Positions 1-11,215 of a stretch of DNA of 64,000 bases are shown here, in pieces. Within the stretch, counting starts at the first letter, position 1. Each line of letters starts with the position of its first letter. The notes beneath the pieces were generated by a model that saw nothing but the letters and a program-made list of their open reading frames with translations, was not told the DNA's origin and did no database searches. Both the position numbers and the translations under genes were made by a program. The DNA comes from Macrostomum lignano (lineage: Eukaryota): NCBI GenBank assembly GCA_002269645.1, contig NIVC01002314.1, forward strand, positions 62,001 through 126,000, written 5' to 3'.

Positions 1-375
1 CAGATCGGGAAAGAGAGGCAGGCGGGCGGAGGTTGGGGTGGTTGCTACGCTGCAAAAAACAGCCTAATTTTAAAAGTACACAGCACCGCTCAGGATTAAC
101 TTTAAGACTCGAAATTTTACATGGTTGTGCCAAAATAGTTGAAGATTGTCTGTGTCAAATTTGAAGAGAATCGGTAAAATTGGAGCGGCGCTATTGAGGA
201 TTTAGTGAAAATATCGCGCATTTTGAGCACTTTTTTGTACTTCTAGGTAGGAAGACTCAAATTTAGGAAATTTAAAGGTAGCCTAAGACATTCTCCGTAG
301 TAAGTTTAGGGTGGGTGTAAAGTTTGGTGTAATTTGGTTGAGCGGTTTGGGAGTCCATAGCGAAGTAATTTGTCC

Positions 376-408
<33 letters not shown>

Positions 409-921
409 GTTTTGATTTTTATAGGTAGAGATAGAGAATGAGTCAATGAAGAATTGTGTCAAGTTTGAAGTCAATCGCTTTACGTGGAGCAAACTTATGG
501 CAGCTGAAAGTTAGTCAATTTTGAAACCCTTTTACACATCTGGGCCCAGATCGGGAAAGAGAGGCAGGCGGGCGGAGGTTGGGGTGGTTGCTACGCTGCA
601 AAAAACAGCCTAATTTTAAAAGTACACAGCACCGCTCAGGATTAACTTTAAGACTCGAAATTTTACATGGTTGTGCCAAAATAGTTGAAGATTGTCTGTG
701 TCAAATTTGAAGAGAATCGGTAAAATTGGAGCGGCGCTATTGAGGATTTAGTGAAAATATCGCGCATTTTGAGCACTTTTTTATACTTCTAGGTAGGAAG
801 ACTCAAATTTAGGAAATTTAAAGGTAGCCTAAGACATTCTCCGTAGTAAGTTTAGGGTGGGTGTAAAGTTTGGTGTAATTTGGTTGAGTGGTTTGGGAGT
901 CCATAGCGAAGTAATTTGTCC

Positions 922-954
<33 letters not shown>

Positions 955-979
955 GTTTTGATTTTTATAGGTAGAGATA
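1..979 (-). mobile_element. Head-to-tail tandem of a 546-bp unit, Helitron/Helentron-like non-autonomous element (partial at window edge)
   Basis: 1-433 recurs at 547-979 with two substitutions. The minus strand reads TCTCTACCTATAAAAAT followed by (CTGT)8, a 5' architecture typical of non-autonomous Helitron/HINE elements. A palindrome ATCTGGGCCCAGAT lies at the unit junction. No Rep/helicase ORF or CTRR end seen. Confidence 0.45.
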
Positions 980-1249
980 ATATATATAGTAGTAGTAGTA
1001 TATTATATATATATATATTATATATAGTAGTAGTTAAGTAAAGTTAACTATAACTATAACTTATAGTTGGCAACTATAAGTTGCCAAAGGCAATATTAAT
1101 ATGTCCTAATTTTATAATAATGCATTTTCGTAGCAATTCAAGCTATTATTAGGTTATTAATTTGTGAAATACTAATTTTTAAAGCTTTAAACTAAGTTTA
1201 AACTTTTTACTATTGAATTACTAAGGCTAATGTTATAGATAGGGCCTAG

Positions 1250-2300
1250 TTTATCAAAAGATTTATTTCATTAACTATAGGCTCTCTGAAGGCATCCTTG
1301 GAAAGCCTTGCAAATGTTGCTAATGTAGGCTAATGATATAGTGTTCCACTCTTCTATCATAGCAGCCTTCAAGAAATCAATATTGCTGCATGGCAGATTG
1401 CAGACAGCATAGGCCTTGCCTTCAATGTATATTCACATACTGTAATCAAGTGGCAATAGATCTGGCAACAATGGCAGCTAGTAAAACTTTGGCTAGAAGT
1501 TCATGTTCTACTAATCTGCTCTAGCCATTCTTGTGCAACTTTTGATGCATATGCAGTAATGCAGGTATTCTATCTTGTTGAAATACATAATTTCTATCTA
1601 GGAAGTTGGCATCAATCCACGGCTTGATTTTGCTAGCAAACATTTATGTACTTTGCTTTACTCAGTTGGTATCTAATAGTAAAGAAACCATACCAGTGAG
1701 CAGATGCAGCCATTTGACACTATGACACCAAGCATCATTACACTTAAGGGGTACTTGGTTGTTGAGATAAACCTGATTGACCCTGACTTTGGAACATTCT
1801 CTTCAAGCTTGATGAATCTGTCATTGCACAGTTTCAAGCAGGATCTATGTCAAAGTTCTTCTTGTTGCTGAAAATGATGATATGTCTAACAGGGGCTAAT
1901 TTCAAATTGTTTAGAAGTAGGCTTGCTCTTTCCAGATGGTTCTGCCACATTATGTCACCTAGCAGAGGCCTCTCTTGCACTGCAAGGGACTTGCCACCAA
2001 GCTTTTTCATGTTTCTCAAGGTGGTCAACTTGTAGACATTGAATTCTTGTCTTAGACTCACTATTAAATGCCTTGGATTCTCAAAAATGGCATCTTGAAA
2101 CTTAGAATTGCTTACTACTACTGGTCGGCCAGTCTTAGGCTTGTCTTTTAAAGTATCTTCAACTCCATTGACTATTCACTTATTGATGTTGCGATATTAT
2201 ATACTATTCTTTTAGTACAGTTTACTATTGTCATGACATCCTTGGGTTTAATATCTGTATATAGCAAGATAGCATTGGCAATCTAGTGCCTTTTTACCTT
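1250..2300 (-). pseudogene. Decayed Tc1/mariner transposase (maT/DD37D-like)
   Basis: Manual minus-strand translation gives KDKPKTGRP, IIFSNKKNF (=FSDEK), TKYPLSVMMLGV (=TKHP.SVM), YVFQQD, F*PKFY*LPLLPDLLPLDYSM* (=WPP.SPDL.PLDY.VW) and LKAAMIEEW. There are several stops and 1-2 frameshifts. TIRs not found. Confidence 0.85.
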
Positions 2301-4511
2301 TATCTCACAATAAAATGGTCAGATTGATCTGAAATGCTAGCCAAAACCTTAGATTATATTGCTTTATAGCTGGCTAAATGGGCTAGCTAGTAGGCCTTAA
2401 CATGTATGGTTTTCTATTTATATGCATTTTAACATCACTGAAAAGACTTTTGCAACAACTAGTACAAAGAATTAAACCTGTTAAACTAGTGTTCTGCCAT
2501 AGCTGTAAGAGGGCTATAGCTATAAGATCATATGGCAAATTTGGTAAAATAGGTGCCTATAGTAGCTACAGATATGCCTACAGTAGCTAGCTAGCTGCTC
2601 TTATGGCTACAACTATGGAAATATAGTATGGCCTAGTTGCTGTCATATTCTGTAGATTCCCATAGCTATAGTAATTAATTTAAAAAATTAAAAAAATATT
2701 AGAAACAGGTAGAGTAAAACAAAGATACTTCAGTTAACTATATTATCAACTTAGAAACTTAGAGAATATACATAATATTAATAAATAACAATAAAACACT
2801 AGCAAACTCTACTTTTTATTAGTATGAAAAAGTTTAGCATTAGTACTTTTAATTGCAATTAAGTAGGTCCTATACTAGGCCTATGCAAACCAATTTTTAA
2901 TCAACAAATTTACTAGGCCTATCTTTAAAAACAAAAACACTAACTACAATAAGATAAAGATAGAGCCTATATAGAATATAATACTTATAAAAATAATTGA
3001 AGGCAATTTCCTTCATAGTTTACTGCATTAAATTATTTTTCAGTTTTTTTCAAACTTTCAGGTTCAGCCCATTTGCCAACTCTGCAACTGGCTGGAAGGC
3101 CCAACTATTTGCTTGTTGGCCACGTATGGGCTCCTGAGGAATTCTTGGGTTTGTGAACAATGTTCTGAGACTCTAGCTTTGCAGCTAAAGCCACGAGGTG
3201 GAGTCCAGTTTGTTGACAACTCATCAAGAGCTGAGAGTCAAGCAAGAGTCCACATCTTGTGGGCCATTAGCAGCACAAGCCAATACTTGCCATACATAAG
3301 TCTTGGTGTATTATATTGAATCGTATACATTTACAATTTTCACATATCATAAATTTAATATTAATATGTGAATGTGAGGAGAGGCGGTGGTAGGGCCTAG
3401 ATAGTTTAATTCGCAGAAAAAAGAACAATAGGGCCTAGAAGACAACGACTTGAAAATTAAAATTGCTTTGGTAAGAAAAACAAAACAACTCTAAAAATAA
3501 GCTAATTTTAAGCCCACAAGAGTATAAAAAGCTAACCTTTATTGTGCAATTAGTTCTTTGCTTTGCGAGTACCAATTATTTAGTCAATACATTGAATACC
3601 TTAATTAGGCTCGTGACGTCTACACGTTGTATTAACTCCATGTGACAATGTAGGTCATTGAATAAAGCTGCTGATAGATGAGCCTGAAGCTGTGAAGCAA
3701 AGCCCAAAATTAAGTTTAATCCTGCCTGCCTCTCTAAGTTTCGAAATTTTGATCATCCTGTATGCCAGAAATTAAAGTTAAACGATGCTTCTATTCACAA
3801 AGCATAGGATGAAAGATTTTATAATAAGTTATAAGTTAAACAGACAAACAGTAAGCATTTTAATGTATTTTTAAAGCCAATGATTATTTTCTTGGCTTTT
3901 ACCCCCCCCCCCTAGCTTAAACTTAAACCCTCCATTGCCATTGGCTCCAACTGTGCCTTTCTACACGAGGCCTACCTTCCTTGTCTGCCCCAATTTTAAT
4001 TTTATAGCCTCTTCCTTTGGAATTCTAGCTCAAAGCTGTCACTGCTATGTACATTTTAGTAGACTGGCCTACGTTATGTACATTATTGTTGAACCAATTA
4101 ACAAGTTGTTTATACCTAAAAGATTGGACTCTAAACTTATAAAAATAAATTTAGTTCCCTTTATTTTAAAAAATATTTTATGTATTCTTCTTTGCTATTA
4201 GACTAAATATTAATAAACTAAAAGTATAAAGCTATTGTATACTAACTAAGTATATATGCCTAAGTGGCCCATCTAGCTATTTTAGTATTCTGTGCCTAAA
4301 CCTAGATTTTAGACTAGGCCTAAGTAGTTATCAAATTTATTTTGTTACGTCAAAATGCATAATGCCAAGGCAACTAAATAAGGTATAATTTAAAAGTGAA
4401 TAAAGCCTTTTCCTTTCTATATATTTTATTGTCAATGTTAATATTGGAAATTAAAGTTATATTTTCAAGAAAATTTTGATATTGTTTAATATTTCATGAT
4501 AATTAGTCAGC

Positions 4512-7500
4512 ATGGAGACCCAGTTGTTGCAGCCAAATTCAGATCCACTATTGGCTCAATTTACATTGGATAATATCAAAGCAAGGCATTTTGCTAGTAG
4601 TGAAAATATGCCCAGTACAAAGACAATTGGAGCAATACCTTCTAACTATGATAGCAGAAAAACACAAGTGTATGTGGTACCAAGCTCAAAGTAAGTTTTG
4701 TCTACATTATTTCTATTTTTATAATTGACAAACTCTTTTTGGTCATTGACACCCAACTTAGTCACAGTGATTGGTCAGTGACAGGTGATTTAGTCACATA
4801 ATTGGCCATTGATACCCGACTTAGTCACATCACATGATTAGTCAGTGATAGCCAATTCAGTCATATGATTGGCCACTGACACCTGACTCAGTCACCTGAT
4901 TGGCCCCTGACAGTGACTCAGTCACCCAATTGCTCACTGACACCAACTGAGTCACATGATTGGCCCCTGACACAGTCACCTAATTGCTCACTGACACCCG
5001 ACTCAGTCACCTGATTAGCTACTGACACCCAACTCAGTCACCTGATTGGCCCCTGAGAGTGACTCAGTCACCTAATTGCTCACTGACACCCAACTCAGTC
5101 ACCTGATTGGCCCCTGAGAGTGACTCAGTCACCTAATTGCTCACTGACACCCAACTCAGTCACCTGATTGGCCCCTGAGAGTGACTCAGTCACCTAATTG
5201 CTCACTGACACCCAACTCAGTCACCTGATTGGCCCCTGAGAGTGACTCAGTCACCTAATTGCTCACTGACACCCAACTCAGTCACCTGATTGGCCCCTGA
5301 GAGTGACTCAGTCACCTAATTGCTCACTGACACCCAACTCAGTCACCTGATTGGCCCCTGAGAGTGACTCAGTCACCTAATTGCTCACTGACACCCAACT
5401 CAGTCACCTGATTGGCCCCTGAGAGTGACTCAGTCACCTAATTGCTCACTGACACCCAACTCAGTCACCTGATTGGCCCCTGACACCCAACTCAGTCACC
5501 TGATTGGCCCCTGAGAGTGACTTAGTCACCTAATTGCTCACTGACACCCAACTCAGTCACCTGATTGGCCCCTGACAGTGACTCAGTCACCTAATTGCTC
5601 ACTGACACCCAACTCAGTCACTTGATTGGCCCCTGAGAGTGACTTAGTCACCTAATTGCTCACTGACACCCAACTCAGTCACCTGATTGGCCCCTGACAG
5701 TGACTCAGTCACCTAATTGCTCACTGACACCCAACTCAGTCACCTGATTGGCCCCTGACAGTGACTCAGTCACCTAATTGCTCACTGACACCCAACTCAG
5801 TCACCTGATTGGCCCCTGACACCCAACTCAGTCACCTGATTGGCCCCTGATAGTGACTTAGTCACCTAATTGCTCACTGACACCCAACTCAGTCACCTGA
5901 TTGGCCCCTGACAGTGACTCAGTCACCTAATTGCTCACTGACACCCAACTCAGTCACCTGATTGGCCCCTGAGAGTGACTCAGTCACCTAATTGCTCACT
6001 GACACCCAACTCAGTCACCTGATTGGCCCCTGACAGTGACTCAGTCACCTAATTGCTCACTGACACCCAACTCAGTCACCTGATTGGCCCCTGACAGTGA
6101 CTCAGTCACCTAATTGCTCACTGACACCCAACTCAGTCACCTGATTGGCCCCTGACAGTGACTCAGTCACCTAATTGCTCACTGACACCCAACTCAGTCA
6201 CCTGATTGGCCCCTGACAGTGACTCAGTCACCCAATTGCTCACTGACACCAACTGAGTCACATGATTGGCCCCTGAGAGTGACTCAGTCACCTAATTGCT
6301 CACTGACACCCAACTCAGTCACCTGATTGGCCCCTGAGAGTGACTCAGTCACCTAATTGCTCACTGACACCCAACTCAGTCACCTGATTGGCCCCTGACA
6401 GTGACTCAGTCACCTAATTGCTCACTGACACCCAACTCAGTCACCTGATTGGCCCCTGACACCCAACTCAGTCACCTGATTGGCCCCTGACAGTGACTCA
6501 GTCACCTAATTGCTCACTGACACCCAACTCAGTCACCTGATTGGCCCCTGACAGTGACTCAGTCACCCAATTGCTCACTGACACCAACTGAGTCACATGA
6601 TTGGCCCCTGACAGTCACCTAATTGCTCACTGACACCCGACTCAGTCACCTGATTAGCTACTGACACCCAACTCAGTCACCTGATTGGCCCCTGACAGTG
6701 ACTCAGTCACCCAATTGCTCACTGACACCAACTGAGTCACATGATTGGCCCCTGACAGTCACCTAATTGCTCACTGACACCCGACTCAGTCACCTGATTA
6801 GCTACTGACACCCGACTCAGTCACCTGATTAGCTACTGACACCCAACTCAGTCACATGATTGGCCCCTGACAATGCCCAAATCGCAGGTCGGACACGCCA
6901 GCCCTCATCGTGTGGAGCCGGCCGCTGACCTCGCGCAAGCGCCTGTCTTCCAGCAGCTGCACCCTGACGCCCGAGGAGCTGCTGGGTGTCAGCGCGGCCA
7001 AACGGGCACTCGGCGGCATCAGCCCCTGGTCAGATGGTCGCGAGAAATTCGACCTAAGCTTCGACGAATGGGCCGCCTCCTTGGAAGCCCACGATGCGCC
7101 TATTGTCGAATTGGCGCCGTCAGCTGGCGCCGGCGCTCTTGACAATGCCACTGGCGCTGTCGACAAACTGCAGCGTCATCCTTCATCGTCGGCAGTTATT
7201 GATCAGCATCAGTTCGGCGGCGTTGCCCGTCGGCAGAGTCTGCAAGCTCGTCGTACACCAGCGGCAGCGACAGTTCAACAACAGCGTCGGGGTGTTCAGC
7301 AGTCAATCGCCACCGCAGTGTCTGTGGGCGTTGTCGGAGCCGGCGGGCCAGAATCGGTTTCTTCGACAGCTCAGATTCCGTTGACTGGCGACATCACCGC
7401 CGCATCGACTGAACCCTCGTCAGTAACTGTTTCTCGCAACCGACTGCAGAGTGTGTACTCGCGGTACTCGGAGAAACAGGTGACAGATTGTGTCTTTTTA

Positions 7501-9318
7501 TCAATCTCTAGATAGTCTCACTTATTAATCTCTAGACAATCTTTCTTATCAATCTCTACACAATCTCACTTGTTTCAGGCTTACAAACGCCTGCTAAAAG
7601 TGCTCAGACGACATCCATATTTGGACAAGGACTCCATCAAATATAACAAACTTCTGTTGCTAGAAAATAGCCTCAATATATGTCACAAGTTCCAGGTATG
7701 ACTCTCTACCATTTGTCTAATTATAATCTCGATTTTTATTAAATTATTGAAACGAGCATTTCAAAGCATAATAAAAATTTACCAGGCCAGTCTGCGATCT
7801 ACCGGTAGCGGCAGTCTTCAGCGTCCTGAAACTCTGGAAGATCTGGCCGTTGAAGAGAGCCACCTGGTGTCCGCGATTCGCGAGCACGTCACTGAGATTC
7901 CGTATTTGGCCGCGCTGGCGCCAAAGTCTGACCGGCGAGCCGCCAAAATTGAGGCCCGAGTCAGGCGAATGGAGAAGCAGGTGCGTGTTTTGTTTTGGCT
8001 TTGTTTTACCTGCGCTAAGCTGGCTGGTTAATCTTAAGACTGCACATCCATTTGCTCGTATTTTAGCTTCTACATCCTGTATGAGCTAGATAATCTCTAA
8101 TTGTCTAATGTAGCTTCTACATCCTGTATAATGTAACTTCTACATTGTCTAATGTAGCTTCTACATTGTCTAATTTAGCTTCTACATTGTCTAATGTAGC
8201 TTCTACATTGTCTAATTTAGCTTCTACATTGTCTAATGTAAGCTCCTACATCCTTTAGTGTAGCTTCTACATCCTGTAGTGTAGCTTTTACATCCTGTAG
8301 TGTAGCTTTTACATCCTGTAGTGTAGCTTTTACATCCTGTAGTGTAGCTTCTACATCCTGTAGTGTAGCTTTTACATCCTGTAGTGTAGCTTTTACATCC
8401 TGTAGTGTAGCTTTTACATCCTGTAGTGTAGCTTTTACATCCTGTAGTGTAGCTTTTACATCCTGTAGTGTAGCTTTTACATCGTGTAGTGTAGCTTTTA
8501 CATCCTGTAGTGTAGCTTTTACATCGTGTAGTGTAGCTTTTACATCCTGTAGTGTAGCTTTTACATCCTGTAGTGTAGCTTTTACATCCTGTAGTGTAGC
8601 TTTTACATCGTGTAGTGTAGCTTTTACATCCTGTAGTGTAGCTTTTACATCCTGTAGTGTAGCTTCTACATCCTGTAGTGTAGCTTTTACATCCTGTAGT
8701 GTAGCTTTTACATCCTGTAGTGTAGCTTTTACATCCTGTAGTGTAGCTTTTACATCCTGTAGTGTAGCTTTTACATCGTGTAGTGTAGCTTTTACATCCT
8801 GTAGTGTAGCTTTTACATCGTGTAGTGTAGCTTTTACATCCTGTAGTGTAGCTTTTACATCGTGTAGTGTAGCTTTTACATCCTGTAGTGTAGCTTTTAC
8901 ATCGTGTAGTGTAGCTTTTACATCGTGTAGTGTAGCTTTTACATCCTGTAGTGTAGCTTTTACATCCTGTAGTGTAGCTTTTACATCGTGTAGTGTAGCT
9001 TTTACATCGTGTAGTGTAGCTTTTACATCGTGTAGTGTAGCTTCTACATCCTGTAGTGTAGCGTCTACATCATGTAGTGTAGCTTCTACATCCTGTAGTG
9101 CAACTTCTACACCCCATAGTCCAGCTTCTACACCCTATAGTCCAGCTTCTACACCCCATAGTGCAGCTCCCACGCCGCCGCAATTCCAGGCCGACTCCTG
9201 TCACAACTGTCACGCCATGCTGTGTGCCTATTGCCTGACCTCAGCTGCAGCCTCCAACGGTGCCTCATCGTCTGACGCGAAAAGTGCCGTAGAAACTGTT
9301 TCGGCTGTTAAGAAGTAA
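4512..9318 (+). CDS. Multi-exon gene of unknown function ending in a CxxC-x4-CxxC motif
   Basis: Exons 4512-4690, 6888-7479, 7579-7695, 7786-7980 and 9190-9318 join in frame across GT..AG introns (phase 2,0,0,0). The last exon is ADSCHNCHAMLCAYC...KK*. No family recognised; 5' end uncertain. Confidence 0.6.
4742..6872. repeat. Intronic satellite, 61-bp unit (30+31-bp subunits) CAGTCACCTGATTGGCCCCTGAGAGTGACTCAGTCACCTAATTGCTCACTGACACCCAACT
   Basis: Direct 61-bp periodicity, about 34 units, degenerate left edge. It lies in intron 1 of the orphan gene. Confidence 0.95.
8060..9175. repeat. Intronic minisatellite, 21-bp unit TAGTGTAGCTTTTACATCCTG
   Basis: Direct periodicity with a homogeneous core at about 8270-9100 and degenerate edges. 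Confidence 0.95.
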
Positions 9319-9887
9319 AAGAAATACAAGCAGCACAGAAGCCTTTAACTTTTGTTTCAACTGGTTAGTTGATTACCAGCAACAGTAGGCAATCAGTTCT
9401 AAAAGCCTTCTTTTAGTTTGTGTAATTAAAATGATATTTGAAGGCAATTTAATCGTTTTATTATTGTTGCTTTGCCTTCTTAGTTTCCAACTTGACTAAC
9501 TAAAGCGCAACGCAAGGTGTACTTCTAAGCAACAATAGTTTATGATTGTCCATCTCTTTGTCGAACACCCATTTTAATAATTTACTCGATCTGTAATATC
9601 TTTGGAATAAATTTTGCTGACTATTATTTTCTGGCAATTAAAATTGGGCAAATCTGAGAGTAGAGAGACACACTAGTGTGGTTTTGGGCGAAAATATACT
9701 GACTGACATTTGAGAGCTTGACCTGCCCGCCTTGCTCAGACAGATAAGATGTCATTGACTCATTTGACCCTGCTGAGTAAAGGCTTTTTTGACTGGCGTC
9801 GATACTTTGGACAAAAAAAACTTATTATGCTACTTAGTTCAGATTTTTCTATGATTTTCTCATTTTGTTTTCCTTCGGACTAAAGCG

Positions 9888-10145
9888 CCATTCTAATCGA
9901 AACTGGCACGTCTTTGTGCCATTTTAATCGAAACTGGCACGTCTTTGTGTCATTCAAATCGAAATTGGCAATTGGCATATCTTTGTGTTTGTGCCATTCT
10001 AATCGAAACTGACATATCTTTGTGCCATTCTAATCGAAACTGGAATATCTTTGTGCCATTCTAATCGAAACTGGAATATCTTTGTGCCATTCTAATCGAA
10101 ACTGGAATATCTTTGTGCCATTCTAATCGAAACTAAACTGGCACA
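9888..10145. repeat. Minisatellite, about 31-bp unit GCCATTCTAATCGAAACTGGAATATCTTTGT
   Basis: About 7 imperfect tandem copies. Confidence 0.85.
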
Positions 10146-10278
10146 TCGTTTTGACATCATCAGAGAAAAAAATTAGAAATCGCTGAAAAATAGCCAAAAT
10201 GAGAGAAATACTAATAGTATTAGAGTGCAATATACTGCAAGACTTTTTTTGTCTTTAAAAAAATTCGAAAAAAATATC

Positions 10279-10351
10279 CGCCCGAACAGGGACTCGAACC
10301 CTGGACCCTCAGATTAAAAGTCTGATGCTCTACCGACTGAGCTATCCGGGC
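10279..10351 (-). tRNA. tRNA-Lys(UUU)
   Basis: Reverse complement is GCCCGGATAGCTCAGTCGGTAGAGCATCAGACTTTTAATCTGAGGGTCCAGGGTTCGAGTCCCTGTTCGGGCG: canonical 73-nt cloverleaf, TTT anticodon, oligo-T terminator just downstream. Confidence 0.98.
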
Positions 10352-10920
10352 TCCTATATGGTAACCCACACTTGGTGCATTACATATCTGCTCTTTTTAA
10401 AATTAACTTTAAAAGTCGTTATGACTCAAGCCAAAGAAATTTAGATCTATCTAGTAGTTCTAAGATCCCTTATGCACAAGTCACGAAAGAAGAGGCAATA
10501 GACGCATATCGTTTTCTAGTAACCCACCCCACCACATTCAGCTAAGCGTCACTGCCAAGCCGGGCCCCAATACGTACTTGATGCTATTTTTAGCCCGTCG
10601 AGAAGGCAAGCTTGGGTGTGGGGTAGAAAAGACAAGCGGCAGAACTCGGCCTGAAGAACTGCTGTCTGCTTTCAGTGCTTTTGCAATATTCAACTTACTT
10701 AGGTCTTAACTGTCGTCTCTGTCTTAAGTGAACCTACAAAACTAATAATTTACTACACAAGGATTACCTTAGATTATGCAGATGAGAAATGCATTATTAA
10801 AGTTTCGGTAGCGTTAAGGCTTACCTGTATTTTAAAGTATATGTAACTTGGCTGTACAGCTTATAATTAATATACTAGCTTATATGACTGTTTGAAATTT
10901 GCCATTTGGGTGTACGGGTC

Positions 10921-10995
10921 AGCGGAGCTAGCGCTTCCTTTTATCAGCGGAGCTAGCGCTTCCTTTTATCAGCGGAGCCAGCGCTTCCTTTTATT
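10921..10995. repeat. 25-bp unit x3 AGCGGAGCTAGCGCTTCCTTTTATC
   Basis: Three near-identical tandem copies. Confidence 0.85.
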
Positions 10996-11052
10996 GCTGC
11001 TAAAGTGCGCGCAGCCAGGGCCGGCTGCCTTCGGGGCGCTGCAATGCGTTTG

Positions 11053-11215
11053 GCGCCCCTGGTGCTGGAGCCCCTGGTGCTGGCGCCTCTGGTGCTGGCG
11101 CCTCTGGTGCTGGCGCCTCTGGTGCTGGCGCCTCTGGTGCTGGCGTCTCTGGTGCTGGCGTCTCTGGTGCTGGCGCCTCTGGTGCTAAAGCCCCTGGTGC
11201 TAAAGCCGAAATGAT
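11053..11215 (-). repeat. 15-bp minisatellite CTGGTGCTGGCGCCT (inverted member of the GCACCAAGGGG family)
   Basis: About 11 copies; the reverse complement resembles the 16/17-bp units at 31579 and 51406. Preceded by CAGGGCCGGC at about 11016. Confidence 0.85.

Noticed and set aside
4742-6872. CRISPR-like regular repeats (also at 39811, 41322 and 61196)
   Set aside because: No unique spacers, no cas genes, and a eukaryotic context.
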